Source of the DNA: Spirochaetia bacterium
Lineage (GTDB): Bacteria > Spirochaetota > Spirochaetia > DSM-2461
DNA length: 64,000 nucleotides
Assembly: GCA_963666985.2 (NCBI GenBank)
Contig: CAXXIA010000002.1
Location: 2,272,001-2,336,000 of the forward strand
Direction: 5' to 3'
Shown in pieces: positions 19,213 to 27,688 of this stretch (its first letter is position 1; every line of letters begins with the position of its first letter). The translations under genes and the position numbers were made by a program. Under the pieces are notes generated by a model. The model was not told where the DNA came from and did not search any database. It worked only from the letters and a program-made list of their open reading frames with translations.

Positions 19213-20376
19213 ATGAGAGAAGCAGTTATCGTATCCGCCGTCAGGACTCCTGTCGGCCGTGTGGGAGGCGCCCTTGCCTCCGTACCCGCCCAAGATCTCG
19301 GTGCCCTTGTGGTGAAAGAGGCCGTTAAGAGGGCTTCCATCGATCCGAAAGAGATTGACGAGGTGATTTTCAGTAACCTGATGAACACCGACGTGAACAA
19401 TATGGGCCGAATGGTGGCCCTGGGCGCCGGGCTCCCGCTGGAAGTTCCCGGTATCTCCATCGACCGTCAATGCGGCGCTTCCCTTACGGGATTCGCCCAT
19501 GCCGCCATGTCGATTCAGGCCGGTTTCGCCGATATCGTGGTGGCCGGCGGCGTGGAAAGCGATTCCCGACGGAATTACGTTATGGACAAGCCGGAGAAGG
19601 CCTACCAGGTTATGCCGCCGCAATGGTCGACCCTCCGGGTCTGTCCTCCCGAATACGGTCATGATTCCATGGTGGAAACGGCCGAGAATATTGCCCGTCA
19701 GTACGGCATTTCCCGGGAAGAATGCGACGAGTTCGCGGTTTTGAGTCATCAGAAAGCCGCCAAAGCATGGGAAGAAGGGCGTTTCGACGACCAGATCATT
19801 CCCGTCGAGGTGAAAACCCGGAAGGGGATCATTACCGTGGACAGGGATGAGATTGTTCGTCCGGAAACCAGCATGGAAACTCTCGGCCGACTCCGCCCGG
19901 TTATGGGCGAAGGCGTTGTAACGGCCGGAAACAGTTCCCCCATGAGCGACGGCGCCGGTGCGGTGGTTATTGTGGAGAAACAGAAGGCCAAGGATATGGG
20001 GCTGGAAATTCTCGGAACCTTTAAAACGTATGCCGCCGCGGGTGTTGAGCCCCGCATTATGGGAACGGGACCCATCGCCGCCACACGGAGGCTGATGCGG
20101 AAATTCGGCATGACTCTGAAGGATTTCGATCTTATCGAAATGAACGAAGCGTTCGCTTCCCAGTCTCTGGCCTGTATCCGTGAACTGGATATGGGCTATG
20201 ACAATTTGAACGTCAACGGCGGCGCCATTTCCCTGGGGCACCCTCTGGCCGGTACCGGCGCCATTCTTCTTACGAAGATGGTGTACGAACTGGAGCGGCG
20301 GAATCTGAGCACCGGTTTGATTACGTTCTGCTGCGGCGGCGGCCAGGGCGTTTCGGTGGGAATCGAACGCGAGTAG
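19213..20376 (+). CDS. Acetyl-CoA acetyltransferase (thiolase)
   Basis: RTPVG, DRQCGAS catalytic Cys, TAGNSSPMSDGA, NEAFA, GHPLAGTG, CCGGGQG. Confidence 0.95.
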   Translation: MREAVIVSAVRTPVGRVGGALASVPAQDLGALVVKEAVKRASIDPKEIDEVIFSNLMNTDVNNMGRMVALGAGLPLEVPGISIDRQCGASLTGFAHAAMSIQAGFADIVVAGGVESDSRRNYVMDKPEKAYQVMPPQWSTLRVCPPEYGHDSMVETAENIARQYGISREECDEFAVLSHQKAAKAWEEGRFDDQIIPVEVKTRKGIITVDRDEIVRPETSMETLGRLRPVMGEGVVTAGNSSPMSDGAGAVVIVEKQKAKDMGLEILGTFKTYAAAGVEPRIMGTGPIAATRRLMRKFGMTLKDFDLIEMNEAFASQSLACIRELDMGYDNLNVNGGAISLGHPLAGTGAILLTKMVYELERRNLSTGLITFCCGGGQGVSVGIERE

Positions 20377-20386
20377 GGCGGTCGGC

Positions 20387-21295
20387 GTGGTCTATAAGAA
20401 TTTTAAGCAGCTGATCGATACCAACATATCGAAAGCCTCGGCAAAGACGGTCGCCGTAGTATGCGCCGAAGATGATCATTCGGTCGGCGCCGCGATGGAA
20501 GCGGGACGTGAGGGAATAATCCGTCCGCTTCTTATTGCCGGAGAAGAGAAAATTAAACCGCTTCTGGAAACCTATGGTGATTATTGTGATTATGAGCTTC
20601 TTCCGGTTTCCAATCAGGAAGAGGCTGTACAAACCATGGTTGAAGTGGTGAACAGCGGAAAAGCCGACGCCATTATGAAGGGGCTGATTCAAACGGCGGA
20701 CTTCATGAAAGCGGTTGTTTCCAAAGAAAACAACTTGCGAACCGGTCAGCTGATTTCCCACATGGTTGTTATTGAACTGCCCACGTATCACAAGCTTCTC
20801 TGTGTAACCGATCCGGCCATGATGACCTATCCCGATGTCGATCAGAAAAAGCAGATTATCCTTAATGCCGTTGATATGCTTACCCGCATAGGTTTCGACA
20901 CACCCAAAGTCGCGGCGCTGGCTGCCGTTGATTTCATTAATCCCAAGATGCCCGAATCGGTCGATGCCGGTTTGCTGAAAGAGATGTATGAGAGGGGTGA
21001 AATCCCCGGATGTATTCTGGAAGGTCCGATTTCCTACGATTTGGCCGTTCATAAGGAATCGGCGGAGATTAAAGGGTACGATAGTCCGGTTGCCGGTGAC
21101 GCCGATATTCTTCTTGCCCCGAATATTACGGTCGGGAATGTCTTGATTAAAAGTCTGGCGTTTTCGGCGCAAGGGATTCCGGCAAGTATTGTTACCGGCG
21201 CAAAAGTCCCGATTGTATTAACGTCACGAGCGTCCAGCCAGATGGAAAAGTTTCATTCACTTGTTTTAGCCGCATCCCTGAAAGGAGATCACTGA
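20387..21295 (+). CDS. ptb: Phosphate butyryltransferase / phosphate acyltransferase
   Basis: IMKGLIQT, ISH, TDPAM, EGPISYDLA, VAGDADIL, LTSRA. Confidence 0.9.
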   Translation: MVYKNFKQLIDTNISKASAKTVAVVCAEDDHSVGAAMEAGREGIIRPLLIAGEEKIKPLLETYGDYCDYELLPVSNQEEAVQTMVEVVNSGKADAIMKGLIQTADFMKAVVSKENNLRTGQLISHMVVIELPTYHKLLCVTDPAMMTYPDVDQKKQIILNAVDMLTRIGFDTPKVAALAAVDFINPKMPESVDAGLLKEMYERGEIPGCILEGPISYDLAVHKESAEIKGYDSPVAGDADILLAPNITVGNVLIKSLAFSAQGIPASIVTGAKVPIVLTSRASSQMEKFHSLVLAASLKGDH

Positions 21296-22425
21296 TGTCT
21301 TCGATGAAGATTCTGGTGGTAAACCCCGGCTCAACCAGTACGAAAATCGCGGTTTTCGAAGGGGAAGAGAAGGTTTTCGCGGTTGACGTAATCCATGATG
21401 CCGAGACGCTGCAAACCTTTTCCGGGATTCTGGACCAGCTGGAATACCGCAAGGGTATGATTATTGAGAGGCTCAAGGAAGAAGGTTACGCCATCGAGGA
21501 TTTCGATGCCTTTTCCGGCCGCGGCGGCGGGTTGGAGCCCTGTGCGGGCGGTACTTACGGAGTAACTCCCCGGGTTGTCGCCTCCGCCAGGAAGAATGCT
21601 TTTCATCCGGCGATTCTTGGTCCTGTTATCGTGGACTACTTTTCCGGAATTACCGGAAAACCGGCGTTCATCGTGAATCCGCCGGATGTTGATGAACTCC
21701 AGCCGGTGGCGCGGGTAACGGGCCTGGCCGATATCTGCCGGGAAACCCGCACGCATACCTTGAGCCACAAAGAAGTTGCGAAGCGTGTGGCCGCCCAATT
21801 GGGCCGCCGCTACGAAGAGATGAATCTCATCGTGGCCCATATCGGCGGGGGAACCTCCGTGGCGGCCCATCGGGCCGGGCGCATGGTGGATTCCGGCGAT
21901 CTTCTCGGCGGAGACTGCCCCATGGCACCCACCCGGCCGGGTAATTTATCTCCCGGTATTATGGTGGATCTGTGTTTTTCGGGAAAATACGAAAAAAACG
22001 ACATGAAAGATCTTCTTCGAAAGAATGGAGGTTTTGTCAGCCATTTCGGCACCAGCGACGTACTGGAAGTTATGAAGCTGATAGAGAACGGCGATAAACG
22101 GGCCGAACTTGTCTTCAATGGCATGATTTATCAAATAGGAAAATATATCGGCTCCATGGCCGCTGTTCTGCATGGAAAAGTGGACGCCATAGTTCTGACC
22201 GGAGGCATCGCCCGCTCCGAACGTGTCGTTGAGGGTTTGAAGTCGATGGTGGGATTCCTCGCGGACTTTTTCGTGTTCCCGGGGGAACTGGAAATGGAAG
22301 CCCTGGCCGCGGGCGCCCGCCGGGTTCTCAGCGGTGAGGAAGAAATCGCGGTATACACGGGCGAACCCGTATGGAACGGATATGAAGGATATGAAGGATA
22401 TGAAGGAGGCGAGAGTGGAGTTTGA
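21295..22425 (+). CDS. buk: Butyrate kinase
   Basis: NPGSTSTK, GRGG, DE, AHIGGGTS, LTGGIA, PGELEMEALA. Confidence 0.92.
   Translation: MSSMKILVVNPGSTSTKIAVFEGEEKVFAVDVIHDAETLQTFSGILDQLEYRKGMIIERLKEEGYAIEDFDAFSGRGGGLEPCAGGTYGVTPRVVASARKNAFHPAILGPVIVDYFSGITGKPAFIVNPPDVDELQPVARVTGLADICRETRTHTLSHKEVAKRVAAQLGRRYEEMNLIVAHIGGGTSVAAHRAGRMVDSGDLLGGDCPMAPTRPGNLSPGIMVDLCFSGKYEKNDMKDLLRKNGGFVSHFGTSDVLEVMKLIENGDKRAELVFNGMIYQIGKYIGSMAAVLHGKVDAIVLTGGIARSERVVEGLKSMVGFLADFFVFPGELEMEALAAGARRVLSGEEEIAVYTGEPVWNGYEGYEGYEGGESGV
22378..22404 (+). repeat. 9-bp tandem repeat (GGATATGAA)x3 at the buk 3' end
   Basis: Directly visible; encodes GYE x3 and ends in the SD AAGGAGG of the next gene. Confidence 0.9.
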
Positions 22426-23194
22426 AAATATTCTCTATTCGGAAGACGGCGGCATCGTCACGATTACGCTTAATCGTCCCAAGGCCTATAACGCGCTGAA
22501 TACTCGGCTGAACAAGGATTTGGAAGAAGCTCTGAATATAATTGAGGGTAATCCCGACGCCCGAGTGTTGATTATTCAAGGAAGCGAGAAAGTTTTTGCG
22601 GCCGGAGCCGATGTTGCGGAACTTATGGAAGCCGATCCCTGCGGAGCTTACGACAACTGCGGCTTGGCTCATCGGATTTTTCGCCGTTTGGAAAATCTGC
22701 GCATCCCTGTTATCGCCGCTATTTGCGGTCCGGCACTGGGAGGCGGATTGGAATTGGCTTTGAGCTGTGATTTTCGCATCGGCGGGGAAAACGCCGTTTT
22801 CGGACTTCCTGAAATTACCCTGGGCATTATTCCCGGTGCCGGCGGAACGCAGAGACTGGCAAAGCTGATCGGCCTTTCTCGGGCCAAGGAAATGATTTTT
22901 CTCGGGAAGAAGATTAAGTCGGATCAGGCATTGGATTACGGTCTGATAACCGGAAAAGTGCCCGACGCCGAGGTAATGGGTGCCGCCAGAGAACTGGCCG
23001 AAGAGCTCTGCAAACTTTCGGCGCCGGCATTGGCCCGGGCTAAAGAAAGCGTCAATTTCGGATTCTACAGCGGCTTGGATTCCGGTCTGGAGTTTGAAAA
23101 ACGGAATTTTTCCATGGCTTTCGCCACGGAAGATCAGAAAGAGGGAATGAAGGCGTTTTTCGAGAGAAGAAAGCCTGTCTTTACGAATAAATAG
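22415..23194 (+). CDS. crt: Enoyl-CoA hydratase (crotonase)
   Basis: LNRPKAYNAL, FAAGAD, GGGLELA and FGLPE (both catalytic Glu), PGAGGTQRL. GTG start after AAGGAGG. Confidence 0.9.
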   Translation: MEFENILYSEDGGIVTITLNRPKAYNALNTRLNKDLEEALNIIEGNPDARVLIIQGSEKVFAAGADVAELMEADPCGAYDNCGLAHRIFRRLENLRIPVIAAICGPALGGGLELALSCDFRIGGENAVFGLPEITLGIIPGAGGTQRLAKLIGLSRAKEMIFLGKKIKSDQALDYGLITGKVPDAEVMGAARELAEELCKLSAPALARAKESVNFGFYSGLDSGLEFEKRNFSMAFATEDQKEGMKAFFERRKPVFTNK

Positions 23195-23210
23195 GGAAGG
23201 AGAACCTCAA

Positions 23211-24806
23211 ATGGGAATAGGAACTTACGACGAATATAAAGAGCGTCTTCTGAAAATGAAGCCCAACGTGTATCTGAACGGAGAGAAAGTCGACCGTTCA
23301 GGAGACTGGATCGACGGCGGCTGCTATGTTATGAAGCAAACTTATGATGCGGCCAACGATCCGGAATATGAAGATTTATGTACGGCCACGTCTCATCTCA
23401 CCGGGAAAAAGATCAGCCGCTGGACCCACATCCATCAGAGTCAGGACGACCTGATGAAGAAGCAGATGATGACCCGTGTTATGTGTCACCGGGTCGGCGG
23501 CTGTACCCAAAGATGTATGGGCACCGATGCCATGAACGCTTTGGCCGTTGTTACTTACGACATGGATCAGGCCTGCGGAACCAAATATCATGAACGTTTT
23601 AACAAGTATCTGGAGTACGCCCAGGAAAAAGACCTTGTAATCAACTGCGCGCAGACCGATGTTAAAGGGTCGCGAAATCCGAAGTATAAAAGAGCCCACA
23701 TGCAGCCGGATCCGGATCAGTTCCTGCATGTTGTTGAAACCAATGTTGACGGCATCGGAATCGATGGAAAACCCTGTAAGGGAATCATCGTTCGCGGCGC
23801 GAAAATCTGTAACTCCAACGCGCCTTATGTTGATGAAATTATCGCCACGCCGACCAAGTTTATGGGCCCGGGCGACGAGGCCTACGCCGTTTCCTTCGCC
23901 ATTCCCGGAGACTGGGACGGAGTTAAGCTGATGGCTCTTCCCGGAAAGCATCATGAAAGAAAGCATATCAAAGCTCCTTTCGCGGACGTCGGCGATGTTG
24001 AATCCTTAACCATTTTTGATGATACGTTTATTCCCGAAGACCGTGTGTTCATGAACGGTTTCGATCAGGAAGACGTGCTGATGTATGCCGGTTATCTTGC
24101 CCTGATGTTCGCTCACTTTCACAGACATTCTTACACCGGATGTAAAACGGCGGTTTCCGAGTGTATCGCCGCGCAGGCCGCGCTTGTCGCCGATGTGAAC
24201 GATATTGCTCAAGAGCACCATGTCAGAGAGAAAATTTCCGACATCGTCGGTACGGCCGAGCTCGTTTTCGCGGCCGGTCAGGCTTCGGCACTCAGGGCAA
24301 CAAAATTCCCCAACGGCTCGTATGTCCCCGACGAAGTTCTCACCAACGCGGGAAGGAAGCTTGCCGGTCAGAAAATTTATCATGAGTATGAAACCCTCGC
24401 CGATCTCACGGGCGGTATCTGCGCTTCGCTGCCTACCGAGGAATCGTTCTATGATCCGGAAACAGCCGACCTCTGCAACAAGTACATCATGCGGAATCCG
24501 GCCTATACCGCCGAGCAGACGCACCGGGTTATGCGGATGATGGAGAACAAACTGTGCGACGCCTTTGAAAGCGCTCAAGCCGTTGCCGGCGTTCACGGAG
24601 GCGGATCTCCCCTTATGGAAACCATCACCATGATGTCCCGCTACGATTTGGAACCGCTCAAGGATATCGCCAAGTATCTGGCCGGATTTGAAGGCTATGA
24701 AAAATGTCCCCGTTATGAGAGGGCCACGGCAACTCCGAGAGCCATGCTGGACAGATTCGCGGCGATCAAAGCTAAGAAAGCGGCCGCGGAAAAGAAAGAT
24801 AAATAG
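23211..24806 (+). CDS. 4-hydroxybutyryl-CoA dehydratase (AbfD)-like FAD/[4Fe-4S] protein, paralog A
   Basis: CTQRCMGTDA and HRHSYTGCK keep the AbfD-type cluster ligands (3 Cys + His); TDVKG, RGAK, HGGGSP. Confidence 0.82.
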   Translation: MGIGTYDEYKERLLKMKPNVYLNGEKVDRSGDWIDGGCYVMKQTYDAANDPEYEDLCTATSHLTGKKISRWTHIHQSQDDLMKKQMMTRVMCHRVGGCTQRCMGTDAMNALAVVTYDMDQACGTKYHERFNKYLEYAQEKDLVINCAQTDVKGSRNPKYKRAHMQPDPDQFLHVVETNVDGIGIDGKPCKGIIVRGAKICNSNAPYVDEIIATPTKFMGPGDEAYAVSFAIPGDWDGVKLMALPGKHHERKHIKAPFADVGDVESLTIFDDTFIPEDRVFMNGFDQEDVLMYAGYLALMFAHFHRHSYTGCKTAVSECIAAQAALVADVNDIAQEHHVREKISDIVGTAELVFAAGQASALRATKFPNGSYVPDEVLTNAGRKLAGQKIYHEYETLADLTGGICASLPTEESFYDPETADLCNKYIMRNPAYTAEQTHRVMRMMENKLCDAFESAQAVAGVHGGGSPLMETITMMSRYDLEPLKDIAKYLAGFEGYEKCPRYERATATPRAMLDRFAAIKAKKAAAEKKDK

Positions 24807-25064
24807 TCCGATGCATCAAAGCGGCAAGCCGTGCTGAGGCTTGCCGCCGTTATTGAGAAGGACGGAACCATGCTGATAAAAACGATTCTTTCTTGCGCCG
24901 ATGCCGAGGGCGGAGCTTCCGGCGGTTGGGCCTTTCCGTGACGTTTTTAATGGTTCCGAGAAAAGGCGCGGCCGAGGCTGCGGGAAAAAGGACGGCCGAA
25001 GGCGGCGCCGCCGAAGATGAAAGAAATCAGCCGGTTTGAAAGAACCGGCAGGGAAGTGATTATT

Positions 25065-26609
25065 ATGGGTATTGGAACATACGACGAATACAAGAAACGG
25101 CTTGAGGCGATGAAGCCGAACGTCTATATGGAAGGCAAAAAGCATGACCGGAAAGGCGACTATATGCGGGGCGGTCTGTATGTACTCAAGCATACCTACG
25201 ACTGCGCCAACGATCCTAAGTATGAAGATGTCTGTACGGCCACATCGCATCTTACCGGAGAAAAAATCAATCGCTTTACGCACATTCACCAATCCAAGGA
25301 AGATTTGCTGAATAAGCAGAAGATGACCCGGCTTCTTTGCCACCGTGTGGGAGGCTGCATTCAGCGCTGCATGGGCACCGATGCGCTGAACGCTCTGGCC
25401 GTCGTTACTTACGACTGCGATCAGGCAAACGGTACCGGATATTACGACAGATTTTTAAAATACCTGGAATACGTCCAGAAAAACGATATTGCCGCCAACT
25501 GCGCCCAGACCGACGTGAAAGGCATCCGCGGCGTTCGTCCGGCCGATCAGCCCGATCCCGATCAGTACCTTCGCATCGTGGAAACACGCGAGGACGGCGT
25601 GGTGGTTCGGGGAGCCAAGGTCTGTAATTCGGCCGCTCCTTACATGGACGAGATTATCGCTCTGCCCACGCGCTTTATGGGACCCGGCGAGGAGGAATAT
25701 GCTATTGCCTTCGCCCTGCCCGGCGACTGGGAAGGCATTAAGATCATGGGACTCCCGGGACTCCAGGCCAAAAGGAAGCATCTTGATGCGCCGATTGCCA
25801 ACGTCGGCGACGTGGAGTCCATGACCATCTTCGACGATGTGTTCGTTCCCAACGACCGGATTTTCCTCAACGGACTTGAGAATCCCGACAACACGCAGTA
25901 CGCCGGATACCTGGCGCTGATGTTCGCCCACTTCCACCGCCATTCCTACACCGGCTGTAAAACCGCCGTATCCGAAGTTTTGGCGGCTCAGGCCACTTTG
26001 GTTGCCGATGTGAACGGCGTTCTGAAAAAGAGTCATGTTCAGGAGAAGATTTCTCATATCATCGGAACCGCCGAATTGGTTTTTGCCGCCGGGGAAGCTT
26101 CGGCTCATCGCGCGGTCCGGTTTCCCAACGGTTCCTGGGTTCCCGATGAAATTCTTACCAACGCCGGACGCCGTTTGGCGGGACATGAAATCTACAATGA
26201 ATACTCCATCCTCGCGGATTTGGCCGGCGGAATGAGCGCTTCACTGCCTACGGAGGAATCCTACTACGATCCGGAAACGGCGGAACTGGTGGCCAAGTAC
26301 ACCAAAAGGAATCCTTCCTATTCGGCCGAGGATGCTCACCGGTGTTTCCGGATGATGGAAAACAAGCTCTGTTCGCCTTTTTCCGGCGCGGAGATGGTTG
26401 CGGGCGTTCATGGCGGCGGTTCCCCGCTGATGGAGACCATCACGATGATGGCCCGTTACGATTTGGAGCCGCTTAAGGACATTGCCAAGTATCTCGCGGG
26501 CATCAATGAAGATATCCCCCGGTATGAGCGTCCCACCATGACGCCGCGGGCCATGCTGGACAAGTTCAGGAAAGCCAAAGAAGCCGCTGATAAGAAAGGA
26601 AAGGAATAA
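25065..26609 (+). CDS. 4-hydroxybutyryl-CoA dehydratase (AbfD)-like FAD/[4Fe-4S] protein, paralog B
   Basis: Same N-terminus as paralog A (MGIGTYDEYK); CIQRC, HRHSYTGCK, HGGGSP. Confidence 0.82.
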   Translation: MGIGTYDEYKKRLEAMKPNVYMEGKKHDRKGDYMRGGLYVLKHTYDCANDPKYEDVCTATSHLTGEKINRFTHIHQSKEDLLNKQKMTRLLCHRVGGCIQRCMGTDALNALAVVTYDCDQANGTGYYDRFLKYLEYVQKNDIAANCAQTDVKGIRGVRPADQPDPDQYLRIVETREDGVVVRGAKVCNSAAPYMDEIIALPTRFMGPGEEEYAIAFALPGDWEGIKIMGLPGLQAKRKHLDAPIANVGDVESMTIFDDVFVPNDRIFLNGLENPDNTQYAGYLALMFAHFHRHSYTGCKTAVSEVLAAQATLVADVNGVLKKSHVQEKISHIIGTAELVFAAGEASAHRAVRFPNGSWVPDEILTNAGRRLAGHEIYNEYSILADLAGGMSASLPTEESYYDPETAELVAKYTKRNPSYSAEDAHRCFRMMENKLCSPFSGAEMVAGVHGGGSPLMETITMMARYDLEPLKDIAKYLAGINEDIPRYERPTMTPRAMLDKFRKAKEAADKKGKE

Positions 26610-26624
26610 GACGAGGATAACGTT

Positions 26625-27482
26625 ATGGAAATAAAAACGATTGGTGTATTAGGTGCCGGAGCCATGGGCGGAGGTATCGCCCATCAGGCGGCGATGTGCG
26701 GATTTAATGTCATTCTGTGCGATATCGACCAAAAATTTGTCGACGGCGCCGTTGAGCGCGCGGCAAAGCTGATGGACAGAAAGATTGAAAAAGGGAAGAT
26801 GACCGAGGACGAGAAGAAAGACGTTCTCGGCCGCATGACGACAAGCATCGATAAAAAAGATTTTGCCAAGGCCGATTTTATCATTGAGGCAATAATCGAG
26901 GATCTTGAAATTAAGCGGAGTGCGTTCAAGGAACTTGATGAAATTTGCCGGGAAGATGTGATTTTGGCGACCAATTCATCTTCCATGTCCGTAACCACCA
27001 TCGCGGCCGCGACGAAAAGAGCGGACAAAGTCATCGGAATGCATTTCTTTAATCCTCCCCAGGTTATGAAGCTTGTCGAGATTATCAAAGGATATGCCAC
27101 CAGTGACGAAACTCTGGAGAGTGTGAAAAAACTTTCCGAGGCGCTGGGGAAAGTCAGCATTGTCGCTCAGAAGGATACTCCGGGTTTTGTCGTCAACAGA
27201 TTGCTCTTCGCCCTCTTTACGGAAGCCATGAGGATGGTGGATGAAGGTGTTGCGTGTCCGGAGGATATCGATACGGGCCTGAAACTTGGCCTCGGGCATC
27301 CGATGGGTCCCTTTCAGCTTATGGATGAAATCGGCGGATTGGATTTGGCCACCTCCGTTTTGACGTATTTCTATGAAGAAACCAAAGATTCCAAGTGGGC
27401 CATCCCGCATAACATGAAGTCTCTTGTACGCGCGGGAAGATTGGGAAAGAAAACCGGCGCCGGCTGGTACGATTACAGCTGA
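26625..27482 (+). CDS. hbd: 3-hydroxybutyryl/3-hydroxyacyl-CoA dehydrogenase
   Basis: GAGAMGGGIA, IEAIIE, ATNSSS, GMHFFNP, PGFVVNRL, HPMGPF, GKKTGAGWY. Confidence 0.93.
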   Translation: MEIKTIGVLGAGAMGGGIAHQAAMCGFNVILCDIDQKFVDGAVERAAKLMDRKIEKGKMTEDEKKDVLGRMTTSIDKKDFAKADFIIEAIIEDLEIKRSAFKELDEICREDVILATNSSSMSVTTIAAATKRADKVIGMHFFNPPQVMKLVEIIKGYATSDETLESVKKLSEALGKVSIVAQKDTPGFVVNRLLFALFTEAMRMVDEGVACPEDIDTGLKLGLGHPMGPFQLMDEIGGLDLATSVLTYFYEETKDSKWAIPHNMKSLVRAGRLGKKTGAGWYDYS

Positions 27483-27539
27483 CGTTTTTTAACTCGTCCT
27501 CTTGCCGGAGTCGTTGACTCCGGCCTTGTGGGTCTCCGT

Positions 27540-27579
27540 GCCGGCCGTGCGGCCGCGAGCCGCAGCGGCCGGTTTTTTT
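27540..27579 (+). terminator. Rho-independent terminator of the BKACE-hbd operon
   Basis: CCGGCCG-TGCGGC..GCCGCA-G-CGGCCGG stem followed by T7; a second hairpin lies at 27504-27524. Confidence 0.75.
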
Positions 27580-27688
27580 ATCGGACCGTTATCAGTTGAA
27601 ATCTTTACGTACCGCAAATCGGACTTTATCCTTCAAATAACGGGATAGGAGATTGCGGGAATCTGTTATTATATAAAGGGGCTCGCGT

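Noticed and set aside
23211..26609. 4-hydroxyphenylacetate 3-monooxygenase (HpaB) annotation
   Set aside because: Fe-S ligand motifs of the AbfD branch are present, the context is anaerobic acyl-CoA metabolism, and there is no HpaC-type flavin reductase.
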